Assembly: GCA_037439545.1 (NCBI GenBank)
Contig: JBBIVV010000044.1
Location: forward strand, 1 to 16,103
Direction: 5' to 3'
Origin: a bacterium
GTDB taxonomy: Bacteria > JAMCPX01
Length of the DNA stretch: 16,103 nt
The notes under the pieces are model-generated. The model was not told where the DNA came from. It saw only the letters and a list, made by a program, of their open reading frames with translations, and ran no database searches. How positions within the stretch are numbered: position 1 is the stretch's first letter; each line of letters begins with the position of its first letter. The position numbers and the translations under genes are program-made. Positions 1-7,431 of the stretch are shown here, piece after piece.

Positions 1-135
1 GTGTGCAGGAGCTACTTATTTTTATATCACTGTTCAAGCCGCCCCGTGCAGGGTACGGAGAGTTCTGTTTCCAGCATTACAGTGGTACGCCATAAATTCG
101 TTGCATTATTTCAAAGTTTTGTATATAGAGAAGAC

Positions 136-1335
136 ATGGGGAAGTATGCCAAATTGACATGTTTATGTGCTTTATTACTGTCAATCAACTGTACAGGTTC
201 TTCAACTATATCCTTCAATACGACACCACAAAGAAACCAGGTACAAAGCTTTTCAAATAACAATCTGATTTTGGTTGATCCGCTGTCGAATCAAATCCAC
301 ACGTATTCTTTTTTGACACTACCGGACATTACCGACTCCTGGCCGCACATATCTTCGACACCTGCAATGAATTATACTTTTTTTAACACCGATACCTCCA
401 CGAACATGTTCATACAATTGCCGCCTGTGCTGGTGGTCCCTTTAGTACCGCTTATTGCTCATACAAACTACACCTTCGATATTTCCGCATGGCATAACAA
501 TCAGAATTCATGGGCAACGCTCTTTTATAATTCTGCCCAGGCATCTATTCCAGACGAACTGTCATATACCTCTTTTTCATCAACGGCATGGTGTTTCGGT
601 CCGGCCATCAATTACCCGCCTTTACCTTTTTTCAGTACGACGAATGCTGCGGAAGTCGTCGACTATCATCCGGCTTCTCACTGGGTGCTCGTTTTGACAA
701 GTATCAGTTGTTCGACGGTCTCTTCACCGGTCATATATTCCGGATATGTATATTCAAATACCACGGTATCCGTTCAGGCGGTCCCGGCTTCCCTCACGTT
801 CACTTACGGGACGGCAGCTTATGTGACTATGTCCACAGACTTCATATTTCCCGGTATGATGAGGTTCGTACGAGGCGTGCAGGATACCATCAACGGCGAA
901 TTACTCACCCTCATGTCCATTAATGCATATTCATCCGGATTTAGTTCTGTATTTCAGGGGGCAAGCTTTGAAGGTTCACTTTCAACGTTTTACGGTACGG
1001 CTTTTTCACCCGCAACTCTACCGGTAACAATTTCAGGAATGACCCCTGCCGACGGATCAACCGGTGTACCGGTAAACGCTACAATAACGGCTGACTTTTC
1101 AAATACAACACTCGGTCTCACGGACCATACAGCTACGATCATTCTTGAAAACGGGAACAACGAATCGGTCTTCCCTCCTTTATCGTCGGTGAGCACTACC
1201 TTCACCGGTGTTAATGGCGCTATTACCGCTACGACGCTGACTCCGGGCTATTCTCTGGATCATGGTACTGTTTACAGGGCGTTCATCCTGTTTGACTGGA
1301 CACCCGTGGCTTCGATAAGTTTTACCACACAATAA
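136..1335 (+). CDS. Putative surface lipoprotein, Ser/Thr-rich, with C-terminal bacterial Ig-like (Big_5/SbsA-type) domain
   Basis: ATG at 136 starts a signal peptide (MGKYAKLTCLCALLLSINC) ending in a possible lipobox Cys. The C-terminal VTISGMTPADGSTGVPVNATITADFS...TLTPGYSLDHGTVY...ISFTT fits the Big_5 pattern. The ORF-track extension 1-135 looks non-coding. Confidence 0.75.
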   Translation: MGKYAKLTCLCALLLSINCTGSSTISFNTTPQRNQVQSFSNNNLILVDPLSNQIHTYSFLTLPDITDSWPHISSTPAMNYTFFNTDTSTNMFIQLPPVLVVPLVPLIAHTNYTFDISAWHNNQNSWATLFYNSAQASIPDELSYTSFSSTAWCFGPAINYPPLPFFSTTNAAEVVDYHPASHWVLVLTSISCSTVSSPVIYSGYVYSNTTVSVQAVPASLTFTYGTAAYVTMSTDFIFPGMMRFVRGVQDTINGELLTLMSINAYSSGFSSVFQGASFEGSLSTFYGTAFSPATLPVTISGMTPADGSTGVPVNATITADFSNTTLGLTDHTATIILENGNNESVFPPLSSVSTTFTGVNGAITATTLTPGYSLDHGTVYRAFILFDWTPVASISFTTQ

Positions 1336-1340
1336 ACCGC

Positions 1341-2465
1341 ATGAAAAAAATCATTCTATTATTGCTGTTGATAACAACAGGCTGCGGTGCACCTCCGCCT
1401 CCTCCGCAAGAAGCGACACCCGTTGTCCCCATTATAAAAACAGGCAGTTTGAATAACAGTAATTTGAGAACCAAGGTACTCGTCGCAGCATCGACGATGA
1501 ACACCGTGGCAATGATCGATGTTGAAACACTTGCGGTAAGTGCAGTTACAGTCGGGAAAGATCCCGTTTCCATAGATGTAATGCCGGACGGCGGCAAGGC
1601 ATACATCGCAAACGCTGCATCCGATTATGTCAGCGTAATCTCGATACCCTCAATGGGCGTTTCTGCTGTTCATGCAGGATGGGGACCCACCTGTGTTTCT
1701 ATAACTCCGGACGGGAAGTATGCCGTAGTGATGAACAGCGATAACAGCCTTTCATTCATAAACACATCGACGGATACGGCTACGATAATCGGCACGCAGT
1801 CGAAACCAAAGGGTTTTGTTGTATCACCGGACAGCGGTAGTGTCTTGGTTGCAGACAGCGGCATTTCCTATCTGGAGAAAATATACATACCATCGCTTAC
1901 CGAAGATACCATTCCCATTCCGTGTCCCTATCCTTCCAGTATTGCGATGTCCGATGACGCATCTGTCACCGCTGTTGGGTGTATGAATCCCATGGGCATC
2001 GTGTTGGACCACATGACTGACAACACCATTCAATTCATACCTGAAACGTTTGCTCCATCGGCTTTACAGTTTTTCCATAACAGCCGTTATCTTGCTGCCA
2101 TGAATGTGCGACCCGGTTTTTTGTTCATTATGAATACCGTGTCTCCCCAGGACAGCTGGTATATCAATGCTGGATATGATTCTCTGGCGTTTGCCATCAA
2201 CAGTTCGAACACCGCTCTTGCCATAGCGAACAATTCATCCGATGATATGACCTTTTATACTATATCAGGCATGTCCAACAGCGGTTTTTATGAAAGCGAT
2301 ATTCCACTGAGTGCTGGTCCGATTGGAGCTGTGTTTGTTGATAATGATAATTACGTGGTCATTACCGAAGGGACCCCGATGGGAGGCGCGAGTATCGTCA
2401 ATACATCGGATCTCAGTGTCCGGAATGTTAATTTTATCGGTGCAAGGGGTATATTGAACAGGTGA
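1341..2465 (+). CDS. YncE/YVTN-type beta-propeller lipoprotein
   Basis: MKKIILLLLLITTGC lipoprotein signal and poly-Pro linker, then repeated blades such as VTVGKDPVSIDVMPDGGKAYIAN and GWGPTCVSITPDGKYAVVMN. Starts 5 nt after the upstream stop. Confidence 0.85.
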   Translation: MKKIILLLLLITTGCGAPPPPPQEATPVVPIIKTGSLNNSNLRTKVLVAASTMNTVAMIDVETLAVSAVTVGKDPVSIDVMPDGGKAYIANAASDYVSVISIPSMGVSAVHAGWGPTCVSITPDGKYAVVMNSDNSLSFINTSTDTATIIGTQSKPKGFVVSPDSGSVLVADSGISYLEKIYIPSLTEDTIPIPCPYPSSIAMSDDASVTAVGCMNPMGIVLDHMTDNTIQFIPETFAPSALQFFHNSRYLAAMNVRPGFLFIMNTVSPQDSWYINAGYDSLAFAINSSNTALAIANNSSDDMTFYTISGMSNSGFYESDIPLSAGPIGAVFVDNDNYVVITEGTPMGGASIVNTSDLSVRNVNFIGARGILNR

Positions 2466-2466
2466 T

Positions 2467-3222
2467 ATGATGAAATGGACTTCAGTGACTCATACCGCAG
2501 TGAAAAAAATCATGATACCTGCAGCCGTTATCTTCTTTCTTCTATCCGGACATTCCATGGCTGATGACTTCACAATGTTACCTACATATCATGATGATGC
2601 CGGCACAAAAACTTCGCCCCGCGATTTTGCCGACAGGAAGGAGATCCCTGTTATTCCAAAAACTTATTCGTTTCAGGCTATGGTATCGCTTGATCTCGGC
2701 ATTTTGACTTCCTCCACGGGAAACGCCCTTTTCCAGCCGAACTATGCCGCGGCCGGTCTCATGATAGAACAGGATGTATACAAAGGACTCATAGGCATAG
2801 AATTGTTTTTACGGAGCAACGATGACGAGAAAGGGAGCCCGTTCGTTTCTTACACAACAGGAGATATAGTTCAGCCAGAAAGGCATATTTATGATCAATA
2901 CGGTGCAGGCATACGGTGTATGTTCCCAAACGAGAAAGTTTTATTTCCGTATGCATCCGTCAGATGGGTTCATACTACTGTCAAAGTACGCTTTAGCGAT
3001 CCGTATGAAGCTGTGTCAGTATCTTCCAAAGCAGACGGTTTTGAGCCTCTCATCGGTGTTGACATCCATGTGCGGAAAACAGTCAACAGGATAAGACCGT
3101 TTTTCAATTTTAATATGGAAATGGGCTATGAATATATGCCGGTGCTGAACATGAACATGCTCGGTACGATAGATGTAAGCGGTTTATGGTTTAACATAGG
3201 AATTGGCATTATGTTCCAGTGA
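2467..3222 (+). CDS. Putative outer-membrane beta-barrel protein (small OmpW/OmpA-TM-like barrel)
   Basis: Sec signal ending ...SGHSMA, alternating amphipathic strands (QYGAGIRCMF, FPYASVRW, FEPLIGVDIHV, FNMEMGYEY) and a C-terminal beta-signal-like GLWFNIGIGIMFQ. Starts 1 nt after the upstream stop; exact start uncertain. Confidence 0.7.
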   Translation: MMKWTSVTHTAVKKIMIPAAVIFFLLSGHSMADDFTMLPTYHDDAGTKTSPRDFADRKEIPVIPKTYSFQAMVSLDLGILTSSTGNALFQPNYAAAGLMIEQDVYKGLIGIELFLRSNDDEKGSPFVSYTTGDIVQPERHIYDQYGAGIRCMFPNEKVLFPYASVRWVHTTVKVRFSDPYEAVSVSSKADGFEPLIGVDIHVRKTVNRIRPFFNFNMEMGYEYMPVLNMNMLGTIDVSGLWFNIGIGIMFQ

Positions 3223-3345
3223 CTCCTGAAATCAATAACGTGCTTGTCCTTTCTTTTAAATACATTTTCAAAATTATTGCTTCCGATAGGGCGGAGTTTG
3301 GCCGCCGGCAGCCTGTCTGAGCAGGTATAAACTTTCTTCGTTACC

Positions 3346-3375
3346 TTGACAAACAGGTTTATTTCAAACTACCAT
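3346..3375 (+). promoter_or_regulatory. Putative sigma70 promoter for the Cys-rich lipoprotein/NHL genes
   Basis: TTGACA (3346-3351), 18-nt spacer, TACCAT (3370-3375), followed by SD TAAGGAGGT (3388-3396). Confidence 0.6.
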
Positions 3376-3404
3376 AAACATAAAAGATAAGGAGGTTGGT
3401 AAAA

Positions 3405-3674
3405 ATGAGAAAACACATGATTATACTATTACTTTTTATTGCAGTGATGCTGGGAGCAGCCGGAAGCTGTGGCACCGATACTACTACACCATCATGCAGT
3501 GGTAATTACCCTCTCAATTGTGGAAGTGGACATTGCTGCCCGACAGGGTTTGGTTATTTCGATACTATTGGCGGGAAGTGCTATCAAACAATTTCAGGGT
3601 GTAATTCTGCAAGTACCAGTTGCAGTATATGTTCGGCGGATAAGGGTGGGGATGTCCAGCTTATCAAGCAGTAA
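3405..3674 (+). CDS. Small cysteine-rich lipoprotein (89 aa), unknown function
   Basis: Strong SD 8 nt before ATG 3405. Signal MRKHMIILLLFIAVMLGAAGSC is followed by 8 more Cys, including a CC pair. Confidence 0.8.
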   Translation: MRKHMIILLLFIAVMLGAAGSCGTDTTTPSCSGNYPLNCGSGHCCPTGFGYFDTIGGKCYQTISGCNSASTSCSICSADKGGDVQLIKQ

Positions 3675-3724
3675 CAAAGTAAGAAGCGGTGTAAATAACA
3701 AAAGCACATTCTTGTTGATATAAA

Positions 3725-4681
3725 ATGAAAAAAATATTCAATGTTTTATCACTCATCGGTGTCTCTTCCCTGCTGGTATTATCCGGATGCGGGGGCAAGA
3801 ACAGCACGAGTGCTTATACTGTAGGCAGCAATCCCTACGGCATAGCCATAGACAGTGCGGGCAATGTCTGGGTCGCAAATTACGGCAGTAACGACGTAAC
3901 ATTATTAAGCTCAACAGGTGCAACTTTAACGTATGCTACAGGCAGCAACCCCTATGGCATAGCCATAGACAGCTCGGGCAATGTCTGGATCACTAATTAC
4001 GGCAGTAATAATGTGACCAAAATAAGTCAAACAGGGTTAATCGAAGGGCCTTATGGAGTCGGTAATAATCCTTATGGCATAGCTATTGACAGTCTGGGTA
4101 ATATCTGGGTAGCAAATAGCGGAAGTAATACTGTGTCCGAATTAACCTCTAACGGATTACGAAAGGACAGTTATCCTGCCGGTACAAGCCCTTATGGCAT
4201 AGCAATCGATAGTAAAGGCAATGTCTGGGTCACGAATTACGGCAGTAACAATGTGACTGAGTTAAGCTCTACTGGAATAACCATAGGAACTTACCCTGCG
4301 GGCACCAATCCTTATGGCATAGCAATCGACAGTACAGGCAATGTCTGGGTCTCAAATTACGGGAGCAATAATGTGACTGAATTAAGCCCTACGGGTACGA
4401 CCATAGGGACTTACGGTGTCGGCTTTACACCCGGCAGCATAGCCATAGACAACTCCAGCAATGTTTGGGTCTCAAATTACGGGAGTAATAATGTGGCTGA
4501 ATTAAGCCCTACTGGTACGACCGTGGGGACCCACGATGTCGGCAGTTACCCCGGGGGCATAGCCATAGACAGCTCGGGGAATATGTGGGTTGCTCTTAAT
4601 GGCAGTAATAATGTGATCGAGTTAGTCGGTATTACGAAAGGCCCGCAGTATTTCCCATACAAAGGTCCTCAATGGCCGTGA
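3725..4681 (+). CDS. NHL/Vgb-like repeat beta-propeller lipoprotein
   Basis: Lipobox LSGC, seven ~40-aa repeats (G..PYGIAIDS.GNVWV.NYGSNNV.EL...G), and a C-terminal tail GPQYFPYKGPQWP. Confidence 0.9.
   Translation: MKKIFNVLSLIGVSSLLVLSGCGGKNSTSAYTVGSNPYGIAIDSAGNVWVANYGSNDVTLLSSTGATLTYATGSNPYGIAIDSSGNVWITNYGSNNVTKISQTGLIEGPYGVGNNPYGIAIDSLGNIWVANSGSNTVSELTSNGLRKDSYPAGTSPYGIAIDSKGNVWVTNYGSNNVTELSSTGITIGTYPAGTNPYGIAIDSTGNVWVSNYGSNNVTELSPTGTTIGTYGVGFTPGSIAIDNSSNVWVSNYGSNNVAELSPTGTTVGTHDVGSYPGGIAIDSSGNMWVALNGSNNVIELVGITKGPQYFPYKGPQWP
3815..4640 (+). repeat. Intragenic tandem repeat, 7 units of ~120 bp
   Basis: The agc(c/t/a)at.ga(c/t) motif recurs at 3844, 3961, 4081, 4201, 4321, 4441 and 4561 (first interval 117 bp, then 120 bp). 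Confidence 0.95.
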
Positions 4682-4726
4682 GACGGCATTCCTTGCAATA
4701 AGACTTACAGAAGATTTTAAAACCCG

Positions 4727-4975
4727 TTAACCCGAAAAATGCAATAGGGAAGTTTGCTCATTCGCTCAATCCTGCGATCCACCTAAGATATAAGGGGGTT
4801 TTGTTACAAATGATTTTTAAGTCCGTTGTAAGTTTTTATGCACACACCAGTAGTAGTTGTTCTTTGGATATTCGAAGACTACCTTCGTTTGACGCAGCGA
4901 CCCTTCCCGTATCGGGTGGGTACCCCTCGCTCATTACACAAACTTCCCTATTTACAAATGCATTTTTCGGGTTAA
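4727..4975. mobile_element. Non-autonomous MITE-like element bounded by nested inverted repeats
   Basis: TTAACCCGAAAAATGCA (4727-4743) is the exact reverse complement of 4959-4975, and ATAGGGAAGTTTG (4744-4756) of 4939-4951. The interior has GC-rich hairpins and no credible ORF. The repeats are directly visible; mobility is inferred. Confidence 0.65.
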
Positions 4976-5043
4976 GACAAATTTTGCATATAAACCAGAA
5001 TTTTTGTTTATTATTCCTCATAATATATAAAAATATGATTACA

Positions 5044-5056
5044 TTTCAATATGTTG
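5044..5056 (+). promoter_or_regulatory. Possible IHF binding site
   Basis: TTTCAATATGTTG has one mismatch to WATCAANNNNTTR. It follows an AT-rich tract and sits just upstream of the sigma54 motif. Confidence 0.4.
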
Positions 5057-5068
5057 TGTCCTCAGAAT

Positions 5069-5085
5069 CTGGCATGATTTATGCT
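5069..5085 (+). promoter_or_regulatory. Putative sigma54 (-24/-12) promoter
   Basis: CTGGCATGATTTATGCT versus consensus YTGGCACGNNNNTTGCW: correct GG-N10-GC spacing, two mismatches, 35 nt upstream of ATG 5121. Confidence 0.6.
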
Positions 5086-5120
5086 AAAATATATTGTAAT
5101 AAAGTTAAAGGAGAGTAAGT

Positions 5121-6668
5121 ATGCAAAAGAAATATAGCATAGGAATATTTATATTAATGATTGTCATTAGTACAGGTTGCGGATCGTATCAGGATCAATC
5201 TGCAACCGGGAACAAGCCCGTCGCAGTGTATCAAATAAACTATAATGCCGATACGAATGTCATGACCATGAAGTCCATCGATGTAAGCCCTCCGCATGCG
5301 GGTCAGAACATAACGGGACTGGCAGGGTTGTTTCAGACCGGCCCTACTGTGTTGAGCGGTAATTTAGTAACGGCCTCCGTATACATAGTAAATAACAGTT
5401 CAAGTCCGTGGACAGGGGTCGAGATGCAGAATTATCAGCTTTTGACCGGAAGCTCTGTTTTGGCAGAGTTTCCCGATTTTGGCACAGGCTGGTATGTCAA
5501 CAATCCTGCTTATGGCGCATGGGGCTGGATGTTTACCTCGGGCACTGCGGGTTCGCCGTTCACCATACCTGCGGGCGGTAAATCTGCGAATAAGGTTATC
5601 GGTTATAACGCGACTTCAAGCTTTGTGGGCTGGGCATATATCTATGCAAATATACCGATAATAACCGGCATCAAACCATTGGGTGCATTGGCAGGCCAGC
5701 CTATTACGATATCGGGTTACAATTTTTCTCCGGCACAGGGCTCTATAACGTTCAATGGAATAACGGCGACAGTAACGAACTGGACCACGAACTCGATTAC
5801 TGCAACCGTGCCCGCAAATGTGACGCTCGGAAACCTCATTGTCGATACCGTGGATGCAAACACGCCATATTCCAATGCTGTTATTTTTACACCGTATAGC
5901 ATATTTGCACCAAGTGTCAAAAATCCATTCGGCATAACGGTGGATACGACGGGCAACCTGTATGTAGCATCGAACAGCACGAACTATATTAAGATTATTA
6001 CGCCCGCAGGCGTTGTTTCCAATTATTCGAAAGCAGGAGGGACAGGCACATTGAGCGGTCCTATGGATGTGGCAATGGATCCGACGGGAAACGGTGTACT
6101 CTATGTACCGAGCTGCAGCAACAGCTATATCGCTACGGTAATCACATCAGGGACAGCAGCCCAGTTTTCAACGGCCTTCGGCAACTGCCTGTCTGCGCTG
6201 TATTTCTCGGATGCAGGTCAATCATGGCCGCTTTACGTGACATCGGAAGGCACCGGTGGGGTTTTCTCTGTTGCACGAAACGGCACGCCGACTCTGTTTG
6301 CATCAGGGTTCATATCGCCGACCGCCATTACTGTCGATGTATCGGGCAATGTGTATGTCGGTGAGTGCAGCAACGGCAGTGTTTATGAAATTAACGCAGC
6401 AGGAACCGTAACGACAACGGTTGTCACGGGATTGTCCTGTCCTACCTGTATGAAGCTGGATCAGAACGGGAATATCTATATCCTCGACAATACGACCACG
6501 TCGACCATGTACAAATATGATCCTTCTACCGGTAATCTGTCGTTTTATCTGTCAGGCAATGGTATTCTCAATGCAAACGGCGGTTTCGCATTCAGTCCTG
6601 ATTTCTCTTTGCTCTATGTGGGGCAAACTGCACCGACGAACGATGTAACGGTCATTCCTCTGAAATGA
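5121..6668 (+). CDS. Lipoprotein with IPT/TIG domain and C-terminal NHL/SMP-30-like beta-propeller
   Basis: SD AAGGAG and lipobox STGC. IPT/TIG motif PIITGIKPLGALAGQPITISGYNF...ITFNGITATVTNWTTNSITATVP, then blades NPFGITVDTTGNLYVA, SPTAITVDVSGNVYVG and CPTCMKLDQNGNIYIL. Confidence 0.85.
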   Translation: MQKKYSIGIFILMIVISTGCGSYQDQSATGNKPVAVYQINYNADTNVMTMKSIDVSPPHAGQNITGLAGLFQTGPTVLSGNLVTASVYIVNNSSSPWTGVEMQNYQLLTGSSVLAEFPDFGTGWYVNNPAYGAWGWMFTSGTAGSPFTIPAGGKSANKVIGYNATSSFVGWAYIYANIPIITGIKPLGALAGQPITISGYNFSPAQGSITFNGITATVTNWTTNSITATVPANVTLGNLIVDTVDANTPYSNAVIFTPYSIFAPSVKNPFGITVDTTGNLYVASNSTNYIKIITPAGVVSNYSKAGGTGTLSGPMDVAMDPTGNGVLYVPSCSNSYIATVITSGTAAQFSTAFGNCLSALYFSDAGQSWPLYVTSEGTGGVFSVARNGTPTLFASGFISPTAITVDVSGNVYVGECSNGSVYEINAAGTVTTTVVTGLSCPTCMKLDQNGNIYILDNTTTSTMYKYDPSTGNLSFYLSGNGILNANGGFAFSPDFSLLYVGQTAPTNDVTVIPLK

Positions 6669-6767
6669 GCATGCAGGCTGCGGCCCGCGTTACAATTTTG
6701 AGCTGGACACCTGCTGAAGTTACCGCTGATTACTGTGTGGTCCTTCAATTTTCACCACAATGGTCTA

Positions 6768-6830
6768 TTGCAAATGGCTATTACTGATTTTCTGAGATTA
6801 AGAAAATCAGTCCAATAACCACAGTTGCAA
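6768..6830. other. Long imperfect hairpin / inverted repeat
   Basis: Perfect core ACTGATTTTCT-7nt-AGAAAATCAGT (6783-6811), extended by TGGCTATT/AATAACCA and TTGCAA/TTGCAA. Confidence 0.6.
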
Positions 6831-6916
6831 AGTGGCATCGGCATTCCTCGTATTCTAATAACAGATGTAAATATGGTTTAAAAGTGCTACACGAATTGAA
6901 TGAGGATAGGGATTTG

Positions 6917-7345
6917 ATGGAGACAATCAGAAGCAATGGCCAGTTTAATGTCGGTCAAGCAACAGCGAATTTAGAATACAACGGCTCCGGAATTCGTCAC
7001 AAGAGAAGACGGCGGAAGAGCAAAAAGAAAAAAATCAAAGGGTTGTTGTATAGAGCGGTCATTTTTGGAATACTCGGAGGAGGAATTGGATGGATTTTTG
7101 ATAAGTTGTTTCATGACTACACATTTATCTTATTGGGGATAACTTTTGGATGGATTGGTGGTGCCGTTCTCCATGGCGGTTTTAGGCGGCTTCTCAAGGC
7201 ACTGCTCGGTATAATAATAGGAACTACTGTTGGCATAGGCGTATGTGCGATTCCTGTATTTATTATTGGATTTAATAGCATTGAACTTACCTTTTTAATA
7301 TTTTTTATGGCATTAGGCGGATGTATAGCTGTTGTTTTTTTATAA
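6917..7345 (+). CDS. Hypothetical membrane protein (basic N-terminal tract plus ~4 Gly-rich TM helices)
   Basis: ATG 6917 follows purine-rich GAGGATAGGGA (alternative GTG at 6884). RHKRRRRKSKKKKIK is followed by four hydrophobic GxxxG-rich segments. Confidence 0.7.
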   Translation: METIRSNGQFNVGQATANLEYNGSGIRHKRRRRKSKKKKIKGLLYRAVIFGILGGGIGWIFDKLFHDYTFILLGITFGWIGGAVLHGGFRRLLKALLGIIIGTTVGIGVCAIPVFIIGFNSIELTFLIFFMALGGCIAVVFL

Positions 7346-7431
7346 ATATCATTCGCTATGAGGATGAAATAGCAGCAACGAAGGCGTTTTGAGCGGGACA
7401 CCATGGCGGTCCCGTCTAAGCAGGAATTTAT

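Noticed and set aside
1..135. N-terminal extension of the first ORF from GTG at 1
   Set aside because: The signal peptide begins at ATG 136, and the upstream part looks intergenic and promoter-like.
3283..3325. GC-rich hairpins (GGCGG...CCGCC, CCTG...CAGG) as a riboswitch
   Set aside because: No recognisable aptamer motif, and they lie upstream of the predicted promoter. At most a weak terminator.
3815..4640. 120-bp repeats as a CRISPR array or DGR template/variable repeats
   Set aside because: These are in-frame coding repeats with no unique spacers, and there is no cas or reverse transcriptase gene in the window.
4801..5118. ORFs 4801-5118 (+) and 4836-5021 (-)
   Set aside because: No SD or domain signal, and they overlap the inverted-repeat element and promoter region.
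7335..7392. T7 tract where +1 T would extend the membrane protein by FINIIRYEDEIAATKAF (phase variation or frameshift)
   Set aside because: A 7-nt homopolymer is common in this AT-rich gene, and nothing here shows the extension is real.
7394..7414. CGGGAC...GTCCCG hairpin as a REP element
   Set aside because: Only one copy in the window; it may simply contribute to termination of the plus-strand gene.
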